A DNA stretch of 57,447 bases from Prorocentrum cordatum (lineage: Eukaryota): NCBI GenBank assembly GCA_963575745.1, contig CAUYUJ010000024.1:62001-119447 (forward strand), in the 5' to 3' direction. Positions 11,584 through 25,559 of this stretch are shown piece after piece (position 1 is the stretch's first letter; each line of letters opens with the position of its first letter). A program made the position numbers and the translations under genes. The notes under the pieces are model-generated. The model searched no databases and had not been told where the DNA came from. It saw only the letters and a program-made list of their open reading frames with translations.

Positions 11584-14500
11584 TATTCCCCACATGCTTA
11601 GTGGGGTTCTGGTTTTCTTCCCTGCCGCGTCGCACCCGCGTCTCACCTCACACCTCCCCTCCTCCTCACAGCACTGCTCAGCACAGCTCAGCTCAGCTCA
11701 GCTCAGCACGGCACAGCTTAGCACAGCTCAGCTCAGCTCAGCTTAGCACAGCACAGCACAGCGCAGCACAGCACAGCTCACCGCAGCACAGCACAACACA
11801 GCACAGCACACAGCACAGCACAGCACAGCTCAGCTCAGCACAGCACAGCGCAGCTCAGCTCAGCTCAGCACGGCACAGCTTAGCACAGCTCAGCTCACCG
11901 CAGCACAGCACAGCACAGCACAGCACACAACACAGCACAGCACAGCACAGGCGTGGCACAGGCGTGGCACGCATGGCATTTCCTCGGCACCGCAGGGGGG
12001 GAGCTGTGGGTGGGGACGCTATCCGCTTCGGGCTCGCAAAGCGTGGCAGGCGTGGCACTTCCTCGACACCACAGGGGGGGAGCTGTGGGTGGGGACGCTA
12101 TCCGTTTCGGGCTCGCAAAGCGTGGCAGGCGTGGCACTTCCTCAACACCACAGGGGGGAGCCGTGGGTGGGGACGCTATCCGTTTCGGGCTCGCAAAGCG
12201 TGGCAGGCGTGGCACTTCTTCGACACCACAGGGAGGGAGCTGTGGGTGGGGACGCTATCCGTTTCGGGCTGGCGTGGCACTTCCTCGACACCACGGGGAG
12301 CTGTGGGTGGGGACGCTATCCGCTTCGGGCTCGCAAAGCGTGGCAGGCGTGGCACTTCCTCGACACCACAGGGGGGGGGAGCTGTGGGTGGTCTCCCTAT
12401 CCGTTGCGGGCTCGCACAGCGTGGCAGGCGTGCAACTGCCTCGACAACACATTTGTTTGGAGTAGCTGTGGAGGGGAGGCCTATCCCGTCCTCCTCTCCC
12501 GCAAGCGTGGCATGGCAGCTAGGCTGCCCCTTCCTCGGGCACCACAGGGTGGGAGCTGCGGGTGGGGACGCTACCGTTTCGGGCTCGCAAAGCGTGGCAG
12601 GCGTGGCACTTCCTCGGCACCACCTTGGGCGAGCGTTGGGTGGTGGACGCTATCCGTTTTTCGGGCTCGCGAAAGCGGTGGCAGGCGTGGCCTTCCTCGA
12701 CACTGCCAACCATGGGGGGGAACTGGGGTGGGGGACGCTCATCGTTTCGGGCTCGCAAAGCTTGCAGGCGTGACCGTCCTCGCACCCCCGGGGGGGGAGC
12801 TGTGGGTGGGGACGCTTTCCGTTTCGGGCTCGCAATGCGTGGCAGGCGTGGCACTGCCTCGACACCACATGGGGGTGAGCTGTGGGAGGGGACGCTATCC
12901 GTTTCGGGCCCGCAAAGCGTGGCAGGCGTGGCACTTCCTCGGCACCACAGGGGGGGAGCTGTGGGTGGGGACGCTATCCGTTTCGGGCCCGCAAAGCGTG
13001 GCAGGCGTGGCACTTCCTCGGCACCGCAGGGGGGGAGCTGTGGGTGGGGGCGCTATCCGCTTCGGGCTCGCAAAGCGTGGCGGGCGTGGCACTTCCTCGA
13101 CACCACAGGGGGTGCGCTGGGGGTGGTCTCCCTATCCGTTTCGGGCCCGCAAAGCGTGGCAGGCGTGGCACTTCCCTGCCGCGTCGCACCCGCGTCTCAC
13201 CTCACACTTCCCCTCCTCCTCCTCCTCCTCACAGCACTGCTCAGCACAGCTCAGCTCAGCTCAGCACGGCACAGCTTAGCACAGCTCAGCTCAGCTCAGC
13301 TCAGCACAGCACAGCGCAGCGCAGCACAGCACAGCTCACCGCAGCACGGCACAGCACAGCACACAGCACAGCACAGCACAGCTCAGCTCAGCACGGCACA
13401 GCGCAGCGCAGCTCAGCCCAGCACAGCACAGCACAGCACAGCACAGCACAGCACAGCACAGCACAGCTCACTGCAGCACGGCACAGCACAGCACAGCACA
13501 GCACACAACACAGCACAGCACAGCACAGGCGTGGCACAGGCGTGGCAGGCGTGGCACTGCCTCGATACCACAAGGGGTGAGCTGTGGGTGGGGACGCTAT
13601 CCGTTTCGGGCCCGCAAAGCGTGGCAGGCGTGGCACTTCCTCGACACCACAGGGGGGGAACTGTGGGTGGGGCCGCTATCCGTTTCGGGCTCGCAAAGCG
13701 TGGCAGGCGTGGCACTTCCTCGACACCACAGGGGGGAGCTGTGGGTGGGGCCGCTATCCGTTTCGGGCTCGCAAGGCGTGGCAGGCGTGGCACTTCCTCG
13801 ACACCACAGGGGGGAGCTGTGGGTGGGAACGCTATCCGTTTCGGGCTCGCAAAGCGCGGCAGGCGTGGCACTTCCTCGACACCACAGGGAGGGAGCTGTG
13901 GGTGGGGAAGCTATCCGTTTCGGGCTGGCGTGGCATTTCCTCGACACAACAGGGGGGGAGCTGTGGGTGGTCTCCCTATCCGTTGCGGGCTCGCAAAGCG
14001 TGGCAGGCGTGGCACTTCCTCGGCACCACAGGGAGGGAGCTGTGGGTGGGGACGCTATCCGTTTCGGGCTCGCAATGCGTGGCAGGCGTGGCACTTCCTC
14101 GACACCACCTGGGGGGGAGCTGTGGGAGGGGACGCTATACGTTTCGGGCTCGCAAAGCGTGGCAGACGTGGCACTTCCTCGACACCACAAGGGGGGAACT
14201 GTGGGTGGGGACGCTATCCGTTTCGGGGGGCTCGCATGCGTGCAGGCGTGGGCCTTCCTCGCGACACCACAGGGGGGTTGTGGGTGGGGACGCTATCCGT
14301 TTTCGGGCTCGCAAAAACGTGGCAGGCGTTGCACTTCCTCGACCACACCCGGGGGGGAGCACACCACAGGGGGGAGCTGTTGGGGGGGACGCACTATCCG
14401 TTTCGGCGCGCAAAAGCGTGGCAGGCGTGGCACTTCCTCGACACCACCGGGAGGGAGCTGTGGGTGGGGACGCTATCCGTTTCGGGCTCGCAATGCGTGG

Positions 14501-15424
14501 CAGGCGTGGCATTTCGTCGACACCATAGGGGGTGCGCTGGGGGTGGTCTCCCTATCCGTTGCGGGCTCGCAAAGCGTGGCAGGCGTGGCACTTCGACACC
14601 ACAGGGGGCGCGTTTGGGGTGTTCTCCCTATCCGTTGCGGGTTGCACAGCGTGGCAGGCGTGGCACTTCCTCGGCCCCACAAGGGGTGCGCTGTGGGTGG
14701 GGACGTTATCTGTTTCGGGCTCGCAAAGCGTGGCAGGCGTGGCACTTCCTCGGCACCACAGGGATTGCGCTGGGGGTGGTCTCCCTATCCGTGACGGGCT
14801 CGCAACGCGTGGCAGGCGTGGCATCTCCTCGACACCACAGAGGGTGCGCTGGGGGTGGTCTCCTTATCCGCTGCGAGCTCGCAAAGCGTGGCAGGCGTGT
14901 CACTTCCCCGACACCACAGGGGATGCGCTGGGGTTGGTCTCCCTATCCTTGACGGGCTCGCACAGCGTGGCAGGCGTTGCACTTCATCGGCACCACAGGG
15001 GGTGCGCTGGTGGTGGTATCCTTATCCGTTGCGGGCTCGCAACGCGTTGCAGGCGTGGCACTTCCTTGGCACCACAGGGGGGGGCGCTGGGGGTGGTCTC
15101 CCTATCCGTTGCGGGCTCGCAAAGCGTGGCTGGCGTGGCACTTCCTCGACACCACAGGGTGTGCGCTGGGGGTGGTATCCTTATCCGTTGCGGGCTCGCA
15201 AAGCGTGGCAGGCGTGGCACTTCCTCGACACGACAGGGGGTGCGCTGGGGGTGGTCTCCCTATCCGTTGCGGGCTCGCAAAGCGTGGCAAGCAATATGGC
15301 GTTGGATGACACATAGGGAAACATTCGCGACGAGGGCTCAGAACGCAGGATTGCGCATATATTAAAAACATAAGCAAGCACATCATATTTAAATCAAGTA
15401 TGTGGGGTTCTTCGGTAGCGTAGT
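11584..15424. mobile_element. Satellite-carrying non-autonomous element (Helentron/DINE-1-like), copy 2, complete
   Basis: Subterminal inverted repeats CCCCACATGCTT (11588-11599) and AAGTATGTGGGG (15396-15407); left-end stem-loop CCCCAC-7nt-GTGGGG; inserted between two Ts with no TSD; excision restores the triplet phase GGT GCT GAT|TCT GCT GAT. Confidence 0.65.
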
Positions 15425-15850
15425 TCTGCTGATGATGGCGATGGTGATGCGTACTCGTTATGGTCATGATGATGTTGATGATTGTGGTGGTCTGGTGGTG
15501 ATGATTATGCTGAGGATGATTATAATGATGATCTTGATAACCATGCTGATGCTGCTGATGATGATGGTCATGGTGATGGTGACGATCATGATGGTGATGG
15601 TGATGGTAATAACGATGAAGACGTCGCCGACGCCGATGCTGATGGTGGTGGTGGTGACGACGAAGACGAGGAGGAGGAGGAGGAGTGATGATGATGGCGA
15701 CGCTGATGACGATGAGGATGGTGATGATGATGCTGCTGATGCTGCTGATGATGATGATGGTTATATCGGTGATGATGATGGTGATGGCGATGATGATGTT
15801 GATGTCGTTGATGATGGTGACGATGATGACGATGATCATGATAAAGGTGA
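15425..15850. repeat. Continuation of the (GAT)n tract
   Basis: Same triplet composition as 6562-11583. Confidence 0.9.
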
Positions 15851-16658
15851 TAGCGTGATCCGGCGGAGGACGATGGGGTGGGTGTGTTGATGTAAGGCTG
15901 GTGCTGTTCACCGCCAGGCCCGCGCGCATTTTTTCAAGTAGCCGGGCGAACCTCGTTTTTTTGAAGCGCTCCTCTCTTCTCAACCTCACGCCGTCCCGCT
16001 GCTGCTGCTGCTGCTTCCTGTCGTCCTTTTCCTTCATTTTCTCCTCGTCCCTCGCCCTCCTTTCTCTTCCCAATTTTTGTCTTCCCCATTTATTTGAGAA
16101 AACCTGGAGGAACTGTCTGAACGCTCTGAAACTGTCCTCCACCTTTCCCTGCGGCTACTCATCATCTCACCCCCTCCTTCCACCTCTTCCTCTTCTTCCT
16201 CCTGCTCTCTCCTTCCACCTCCCCTTCCTCCTCCGCATCCTCCACATCCTCCTCTTCGACCTCCTCCTCCTCGCCTTCCTCCTCCCCCTCCTCCTCCTCC
16301 TCCTCCTCCCCCTCCTCCTCCTCCCTCCTCCTCCTCTCATCCCTCCCTCCTCCTCCTCCTCCTCCTCCCTTCACCTTCTCCTCCTCCTTTTCCGTTTCCT
16401 CCCTCCTCCCTTCCCCTCCTCCCCCTCCCCCCCCCTCCCTCCTTCCTCCTCCTCCTTCGCACGAGCCCGGACCTCCAACGACGTGGCTCTTTCAGCCCCG
16501 GCGGTCCGCCCTCCGCCTCGGCCCCGCGGGGCCCTGGAGCCGTCCAGAGTGGGTCATGGGCGAGGAGCTGCCCTCGGGAGAGGGGGGGCCGCAGGCGGGG
16601 AAGGCTGCACCGTCAGACGTCCGGGGGCCGCGCCCCTTGTCGCAGCATCGGGTCAGTA

Positions 16659-16704
<46 letters not shown>

Positions 16705-16724
16705 ATGTGTATATATACACACAT

Positions 16725-16756
<32 letters not shown>

Positions 16757-17299
16757 GTGTGTATGTATGACAGCCAGCGTGGGCACCAAACAGCGTGTGT
16801 CTAGCAACGTACGTAGTGCAATCTGTTGGGACAGTATAGATACACGTATGTATTTACATATATATATATACACATATATATATATATATATATGCGTGTA
16901 TACCTTAGTCTGTGTATTGTGCAACATCGGTATACACGTGTCTACTTTAGTATGTGTTGTGCAACATCGGGTGTGCAGTCGACATGGGGCAATACATGGT
17001 GTGCGATCTACGTGGTGCAACCAGGTCGTGCAATTCACATGGTGCAATATTTTTGTTTATATATATTATTTTTACTTTCATATATATTATTTTATTTTGT
17101 TTTTATATAATTATAATTTATATTATTTTATTCTTTTATATATTTATTTTTTTTTATTTTAATATTTATTTATTTTTATTATTGATTCTTTTTTAAATTT
17201 ATTTATTTTTATTTTATTTTTTTTTTTTTTTTTTTATATATTATTTTTTTTGTATTTTTTTATTATTTTTAATTTATTTTATATTACTCGTGTTGTATT

Positions 17300-18135
17300 C
17301 GTGGAGCAATCTACGTGGTGCAATCCACCACTGGTCGCAGTGAGTTGTCCATTCCGCTGCTCGCGCGATCATCCCACCCACCCGCCCGTAACTAGGTTTG
17401 TAACACCCTGCGGAGGCGATTGCGATGAGTGCTTGGCGTTGGCTAGTGCATCTCTGCGGCCGCTCTAGCCCGCGCATGTTCGCGCGCGCTGACCGCTGGG
17501 CACTTCCAAGCGGGCACTTCAGGGCGAGTCGGTGAGTTGGGCGGGCGCTGGATCATGGCGACGCCGACGACGGTAGACGCGATGTTGATCTTAGCGATGC
17601 TGTTGACGATCGTGGCGGTGATGACGGCAAGGCCAATAACGCCCGCCGGTAACGATGACGATGTCCTCGTGTCGGTGATGAAGGTTTTGGAAGCAGTTCG
17701 AATTGCGCGCGCGGCCGAGGCCCGCGTTGTATTATTTGACACGGATCGTGCCCCCCCTCCCACAGATCGCGCGCAAGGGCGTTCGGATGATTTCGACATG
17801 CGGCGTGACAGTCTCGTTTGGCAAAGCTTGGTCGCAATATTGGACAACTGCAGTTGTCTTAAACATTCGCTAGAGCGCGCGCTCTAGTTTTTTTTTGAAA
17901 TCTGACGTTGCGTCACACTGTGTTGTTAGATGTGTTCGGGACATTCATGTTTGGAATATTTGCGGGGCCGAAAGTGTCCGAAGGATTCCGGCATGCGCGC
18001 GCGACGACGCGCGCGTGTGAATTTCGTTTTTCTGTTGCAAGAGGTTCTTGCGACAGCACGCGCACAAGGGCGTTCGAACGATCTCGACACGCGCGCACGA
18101 GAGGCCCGTTTGGTAGCAATTGTATGAGCGTGTTG

Positions 18136-18173
<38 letters not shown>

Positions 18174-18400
18174 ATCTTTTCCATATGTAAAAAATCATTT
18201 GGACGGGCGCGAGCGCAAGTGTCATACATATACACCCCTTTTGCGAAACCATGTGGTTGTACATCTTTCCGCGATTCCGATTCTGAAATCCTTACGCAAC
18301 TTCGGGTTCTGTTGAAGGATGTCGGCGTGCGCGCGCGACGACGCGCTCGCGTGCATTTTTTTGTTGCAGAATGATTATTGGAAACTGCTGTTTTTTGTTT
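17300..18400. repeat. Dispersed repeat family copy, with an internal poly-A run at about 18136-18172
   Basis: Homologous to 3420-4230. Confidence 0.75.
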
Positions 18401-19279
18401 AACGGGGGTGCGCGCATAGCTTTTTTGCAGGGGGTGATGGCGGGGGGGGGGCGATGACCGGCCTGGCTGAGATGCTATACGGGGGGGCGCACAGAAAGCA
18501 CATTCACAAATCTTCAATTGTGCGTGCTATCGGCTTGGCCAGCGTGCGTGAGCGAAGAAAACCCCGTTCGGTATGCTTCCTGTCTGGCCCACCTCCAACA
18601 CATCTTAGAATGCGTGCCCCCCGTCGGGGCGTATGCTATCTGCCTGGTGCGCCCGTGGGAGGGGGGGTTGTCTTGGAACCCTCTGGGCCGTCTTTGGGAG
18701 GCGGTTCCGCGGCTGCGAGGAAGTCCCGAGCAACGGCACCGCGGATGTAAGGACGTCTCGAGCGGCGGCGCCGCGGTTGCAAGGATGCCCCGACCAGCGG
18801 TTTCGCGGTTGCGAGGATGTCTCGTGCGGCGGTTCCGCGGTTGCGATGATGTTTCGAGCGGCGGCGCCATCCCGCCCCCTCGCCCTGCCTCCTTATGGGC
18901 GCGTGCTATCTGAAGTTCCCCTTTCTGCGTTGTCCCCATGGACTGTCCTCAAAGAGGACGCGCGTGCTATCTGATATGTCCTGGTTCAGGGTCTGGGGGC
19001 CACGCGGTGTTATCTGTTCTGAAAGGGCATCTGTGCTACCTGTTTGTCCCCCAGTATACGCATGCATATTCAAGAAGGACGATGAGGCATAATCAGCTGC
19101 AATCGACAATGCGGAAAGTGCACCGTTAAGTCCGGGGGGGAATTTATCCTAATTGTATTTTACAACAGAGAATATATGTGACGCAAGTTATGTGGCGCAC
19201 TATCGGAGAGGCCTGACGGCCGGTGCCGCCGACCCTGATTAAAAGGGCTAGGAGTGGGGGGAGGAAGCGGATGATGATG

Positions 19280-19311
<32 letters not shown>

Positions 19312-19939
19312 GATGATGAGGAGGAGGAGGAGGAGGAGGAGGAGGAGGAGGAGCAGGAGGAGGAGGAGGAGGAAATGCATTCTTTTGTGTGCCCGCTCGA
19401 AGAAAGGGCGCCCCGGGAGTGTGATATTCTGACTTGGGACATGTTCTTGGAAGGAGAAGAAGTGCATCTCGGGCGTGCCCGCTCGAGGAAAATGCGCCAT
19501 AGGGTGGTGGTACTTTGACTCGGGGCCCGCTCCCGGGACGCCTCTGAGGGAGGAGGAGGAGGAGGAGAAGGAGGAGAGGAGCAGGAGGAGGAGGAGGAGG
19601 AGGAAAAGGAGGAGGAGGAGGAGGAGGAGGACCAGGAGGAGGAGGAGGAGGAGGAGGAGGAGGAGGAGGAGGAGGAGGAGGAAGTGCATCCCGTGCGTGC
19701 CCGTTCAGGAAAGTGCGCCCCGGCGGGCGTTGTATCTGCCCCGCCCCCCCCCCCCCTCCCCCCCCGCTTGCGGGGAAGGGATCAAAGGGAAGGGGTTCCC
19801 TTCGACTCCACTACGACGTCGTTTAATGTCGCTTTGGATAGCGCGCTTGAGAAGGAGAGCCCTGGGAGGGGGAGAACGGAGACGACGGAGACGACGAGTC
19901 GAACGGAGAAGCCCATCACACACGCCGAAAGGGTCGGCG

Positions 19940-21970
19940 GATTTGTTGTGCAATCTATGTGATTCAATTCACCAGCGCCCAACTTGAAGTTGCCAACTCC
20001 GCTGCTCGCGCAATCACCCCACCCACCCGCAACTTGGTCTGCACAACAAATGCGGAGGCGATCGAGATGAGTGCTTGCTGTTGGCCGGTGCGTCTTCGCG
20101 GCCGCGCTAGCCCGCACATGGTCGCGCGCGCATCGGCCAGCTAGTTTGGCGCGACCGACGCCGCCTCGGTGGCGTTGGCCGCTGGGCGCATCCCAGCGGG
20201 CACTTCAGTGCGAGTCGGCGAATTGGGCGGACGCGGTGTCATGACAACGTCCACAAAGGTAGACACGAGGATGATAGTAGCGATGGTGGTGGCCATGTTG
20301 ACAACGACGACGGCACGGCCAGTGACGGCGCCGATGTTGATCACGCCGACGTCAAAATCGGCGTCCTCGCGTCGGTGATGAAAGTTTTGGAAGGAGTTCG
20401 ACATGCGCGCGCGGCCGACGCCCGCGAGCGGCCTGCGTGGCATTCTTTGACACGGATCGTCCCCCCCCCCCCCAGCACGCGCGCAAGGGCGTTCAGGGCG
20501 TTCGGATGAGTTCGGCATGCGGCGCGAGAGGCCCGTTGGCACTTTTTGTAATGGACATGCTGAACAGCTTACGGTTTTCTTTTGAATTCGCAAGTGCGCG
20601 GGCCCTGGTTTGTTTCGAAAACTAATCTTGCGAACCAATATGTATTCTACGTTTTTGGGACACTCGATTTTGAAACCCGCGCGGGACCTACAGTTTTCGA
20701 CGGGTTTCGGCATGCGCGCGCGACGATGCGCGCGTGCGCATTTCGCTATATTTGTTACTGGGGGTTCTTGCGGCAGCACGCGCGCAAGGGTGCTCGAACG
20801 ATTTCGGCATGCGCGCGAACCCCGCTTGGTATCATTTTGCGAACATGTTGAATCGCCCATGGTTTACCAAGAATTCGCAACAAAACCAAAACAACGCGGG
20901 CGCAACCATTTGTTGGGAGATCTGTGTTGCGAAACCATGTTTGTTTGCATTCAAGAAGAATGTGTTCGGGACACTCGGTTGTCTCATCGTCTGCGCAACC
21001 AGAGGTTTTTGATTGGTTTCAGCATGCTCGCGCGACGACGCGCGCGTGTCCACTTCGTTCCTCTTGTGGCATGGGTTCTTGGTTTCTGATAAACGAGTGC
21101 GCGCGCATTGTATCACATGGCAACGGTGAGGGGGGGGTCGGTCAGGGATCGCCTGGGAAAGTGTGCATTCAGATCTGGGATGTACGATGGGGTACAAGTG
21201 TATGCACATTGCTGCACGAGAGGGGTCACCCGTTAAGTCCGGGGGTGGGGGGAGGGGGGTATATGCGTTTTTTTTTTCCGGGAAGGAGAACACACGTGGT
21301 GCAATCCATGCGGGTCAATGTATGTGGTCCAAGGTATGCGGTGCACAATCTATGCGTTTGAATGGTTGTGGTGCAATCTACTTGGTGCAATTGATTTCAA
21401 CAAACGAGTTGGCACATCCCACGCTCTGGCAGGCATCCCACCCACCCACGCGCAATTTGGTTTGCAAACCCATGCGGTGGCGATTGCGACGCATGCTCGG
21501 CATTGGTGCACTTTTACCGCCGCGACAACCCAAGCACGCGCGCGCAGCGGCCAGCTAGTTTGGCGCGGCCGCCGCGGGCGCGGTGGCGCTGACCGCTGGG
21601 AACATCCCAGCGGGCACTTCACTGCGAGTCAGCGACTGGGGCGGGCGCGGTATCGTGGCAACGTCGACACTTGTAGACACGATGATGATAGTAGCGATGT
21701 TGGTGACGATGTTGGCAACGACGAGAGCGCGGCCAGTGCGGGCGCCGATGCTGATCACGCCGACGACGATGAGGGCGTCCTCGCGTCGGTGATGAAGGTC
21801 TTGGAAGGAGTTCGACATGTGCGCGCGGTCGACGCGCGGAAATGGCCGCATGACATTATTTGACACGGACCGTCCCCCCCCCCCCCAGCACGCGCGCAAA
21901 GGCGTCCGACTGATGTCGGCATGCGTCGCGATGGGCCCGTTTGGCAGAATGTGTTGGAAATGTCGGAAAC

Positions 21971-22027
<57 letters not shown>

Positions 22028-22710
22028 CTTTTTTTTTTTCCAAGAATTCGCAATCGCGCGAACGCAACATGTTTAAACATTGATGTTGCGAAACCGTGTG
22101 GCTTGAAACGATTACGGGACATTCGGTTTTGAATTCGCTACGAAACCAAAGGTGTTTGACTGAGTTTGGCATGCGCTCGCGCGACGAGGCGAGCGCGCGC
22201 ACTTCGTCTCATTTGTTGCATCGGATTCTCGCGACGGCACGCGCCATGGGGCTTTCGAGCGATTCCGACATGCGCGCGCGAAACCCGTCGGGTAGCATTT
22301 GTCTTCGAAGTTGTTGCAGAACCTGTTTTTTTTCTTAGGACTTCGCAAGTGCGCGCGCACAATTTTTTTTGACCCCCCCTGTTGCGAAATCATGTGTGTT
22401 TACACGTTTCTTGGACAGCCGATCTTGAGATGCTGACGAAACCAAAATGGTTGTTAGCAGATTTTGGCATGCGCGCGCGACGCTCGCGCGTGCACTTCGT
22501 TCCATGTTTTGCAAGGGGCTCTTGGGATCTGATGAGTTGTGACAAACGGGCGCGTGCGCATAGCATTTGTTGCCGAGTATGGCGGTTCGGGGGGGGCTCG
22601 ATACGGGCTCTGCCGGGACGGTGTGAGTTCATATCTCGGATGGGCGATGGACCAGAATCATATGCAAAATGCAATACGAAAAACGGATGCGGATAATCCC
22701 GGGGGGTCTA
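19940..22710. repeat. Two tandem diverged copies of the dispersed repeat family (period about 1.43 kb)
   Basis: CCCAGCGGGCACTTCA at about 20192 and 21606; poly-T run at about 21974-22040. Confidence 0.75.
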
Positions 22711-23489
22711 ACCGATTCTTCCTTAAGAAATGAGAATGTGCACATCTTTAAATACTTACTGATGTATATATTTGTATAGAAAATGTAGATGTAGATGTAT
22801 ATGTATATGTATGTATATATACGTATGTGTATACATGGTTGTATACACGTGTATGAATGTATGTATGTGTGTGTTGTGCACTACGGTGGGGGCGTTGGTT
22901 AAGGAATGCGCCCAGCAGGCTGCAGACCCTGGAGGGTCCTTGTCTTATGAGGGCGGTGGCGAAACCTATGGCCAGCCCACAACTGGAATGCCGCTGGCTC
23001 CCAGACTCTGGATTCCTGATCCAAGGCTCCCTTATCCAAAGCCTCCGCCGTATACGTGGCGCAATCTAGGTGGGGAAGCCTACGCGGTGCCATCGGTGTG
23101 GAGAAGCCCATGTGCGGCAACGTACGTGCGACCAGGCGGGCGACGGGGCGGCGACGGGGCGGCGACGGCCACACGACAGCCGCCAGACCGACACACCGGC
23201 CCAGACGAGTGTGCGGCGACGCGGCGGCCACGGGGCGGCGACTGCGGCAGCATCGTCGCCAGACCCCAGACAGGCCCAGTTCCCCAGAGGAGAAGGGAGA
23301 ACCCCTTAGTGCAAGCACTGCTCGGGGGATATGCGCACCGAAGACGCCGACGTCGAATCACCGCAAAAAACCCTGCCTGCTGGAACTGCCCATGCGGCCC
23401 ATCGTGGGGTCGAACGCGCACCCCCACACGTGTCGGAAGGGAAGGCCAGGCGTTCCGCCTGAGACTTCCTCACCTTTTTATGGTCTTGA

Positions 23490-24330
23490 AGCTTAACATT
23501 TGCAGCCGTGTCACGGGTGGAGGGCGTTTCGTTATCAAAATGTTGTTCTCACCTCACCGCCGCGCACATTCGTTTCAAATGTTTGCGACAGCTACAAGGA
23601 CAGACGACGGGTCGTGTTCAGAATGTGGCTCTCGCCCTAGCGGAGCGCACATTCAACGTACACGTTTGCAGCAGTTTGAAGGATTAGGTTTCAAAACGTG
23701 GCTCTCGCGTTCGAGCCGCGCAGATTCGTCTTACACGTTTGCTTGCAGCAGTTTTAAATGATGGAGGGCAGGGTGCTTTCTAAACGTGTTTCTCGCCTTA
23801 GCGTCGCGCGCATTCGTCTCAATGAACCGTGCGCGGCCCCAATTAGGGGAAAGCTTCCTATTGCAGGGGCGCGGTGCTTGGCATTGCTTGGTATTGCTTG
23901 GCATTGTTCAGAATGGGCACAGTAAGAATACGAGGCACCGGGGGCGGAGCACTGGGGGAACCCGAGGAACCTGGGGAACCCAGGGAACCCAGGGAACCCG
24001 GGGAACCCAGAGAATCCAAGGAACCCAGGGAACCTGGAGCACCCGGGGAACCCGAGGAGTCTTCGGTGAACGGGCAACGTAAGCCCCCGAGGCACCAACT
24101 TTTAACCAAGTATGAGCCCTCTGGCAAGCCTAACTGGGGAAAGCTTTGCAACAGCTTCAAGGATGGAGGGCAGACTTTTTTGTCAAAAGTGGCGCTCGTC
24201 TTAGCGCCGCGCGCATTCGTCTTAAACGTTAGCAGCATTTTCAAGGATGGATGGCTGGTCGTTTTCAGAATATGACTTCCGCCTCAGCGCCACGCACGTT
24301 CGTTGCAAACGGTTGCAGCAGGTTTGAGGA
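23490..24330. repeat. Degenerate ~80-bp repeats with an internal (GGGGAACCC)n 9-mer block at about 23955-24055
   Basis: Recurrent CGCGCATTCGT...GCAGCAGTTT...GATGGAGGGC motifs. Confidence 0.6.
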
Positions 24331-25559
24331 CTTGGTTGGTTGGTATCCCGGGAATGGTGGCCTGGCAAGACTTTGGATTGCCAAGGCCCAGCAGTCACGT
24401 TGGCTCGCTGTGTTGAAGTCTCGGGAATGGTGTTCTCGCACAGATAAGGATGGGCACGACGTACCAGTCAAGTTGATTCGCAGCGTGAAGTTCCAAGAAC
24501 GGTGTTCTGGCATGATGAGAGGCTTGTCTCCAATGGGGCATTCTCGCGCCATGAACAGAAGTCCTTGTGGGGGCCTTTGAAGAGGGAACTTGGAGGGAGG
24601 GGTTATGGGTTATTGCAGCATCGTTGATGCATCTTGGGCTTGCACTGGTCCTCCTCCGCCGCCGCCTCCTCCTTCTCCTCCTCCTCCTCCTCCTTACCTC
24701 CTCCAACCCCTCCTCCTCCTCCTCCTCCGCCTCCTCCGCCCCCTCCTCCTCGTCCTCCTCCTCCTCCGCCTCCTCCGCCTCCACCGCCTCCTCCTCCTCC
24801 TCCTTCTCCTCCTTCTCCTCCTCCTCCCTCCGCGGCAGGCCAGCAAGGGCTACCTCGGTGGGAACGACGGTGACGCGGAGGCCCCTCTGTGGGGGCGGCG
24901 CCGCTGGTCGGTCCCGGGCGGGCGGGCGGTGTTCGCGGAGAGGGTCGCGCTCCTCCAGCGATTGCACGGGACCAGTCACGAGGAGAAGCTCGGAAGGGTT
25001 CGGTAGCAGATCGTGAGAGCCTTGTGTACCCTCGTAGTTCCGTCTGTAGCATCGGTTAGCGTCTGAGAGTCGATGGGAAAGCGCCGATTCAGTGTCGGCC
25101 AGCGTCGATTTGCGTCGATTTAGCGTCGATTGGCGTCGATTTAGTGGGACTAGCGCGGATTAGCGTCGGCTCGCAAGAGCCGAGAGGAAGGATTCTATGA
25201 CGGAAGGATTCTCTCCTGCTGGGAGAGCGGGGGGGAGGAGCGGGGGAGGGCAGGTCAGGTCAGGTCAGGCAGTCCTCGACAGTTGCTCGGCGAGAAGACT
25301 GCCAGGGAGGTCAAGCAACTAGAACTCCAGCCCGGAAGGATGGAAGAGGAGGAGGAGGAAGAGGAGGAGGAGGGAGAAGGAGGAAGAGGAAGAGGTTCTC
25401 CCACGTTGGAAGGCCTGGCTGGGTGGGGGGGTGCGCCGCCCTCAAAGGCCCCCTTTAAAGCCTTCCCCCAGAACTCCCGCTTCACAAGATCACCCTGGCG
25501 AAGGACCCAGCCACCTGCGGTTGTGAGCACCGCAGCTCTGAGCGTGGTCTTCTGTGGAT

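Noticed and set aside
6509..11746. Poly-Asp, poly-Met, poly-Ile and poly-His ORFs
   Set aside because: Translations of a triplet microsatellite with stops and phase shifts.
17050..17285. Very AT-rich tract as an origin or promoter
   Set aside because: Featureless low-complexity sequence; could be poor-quality consensus.
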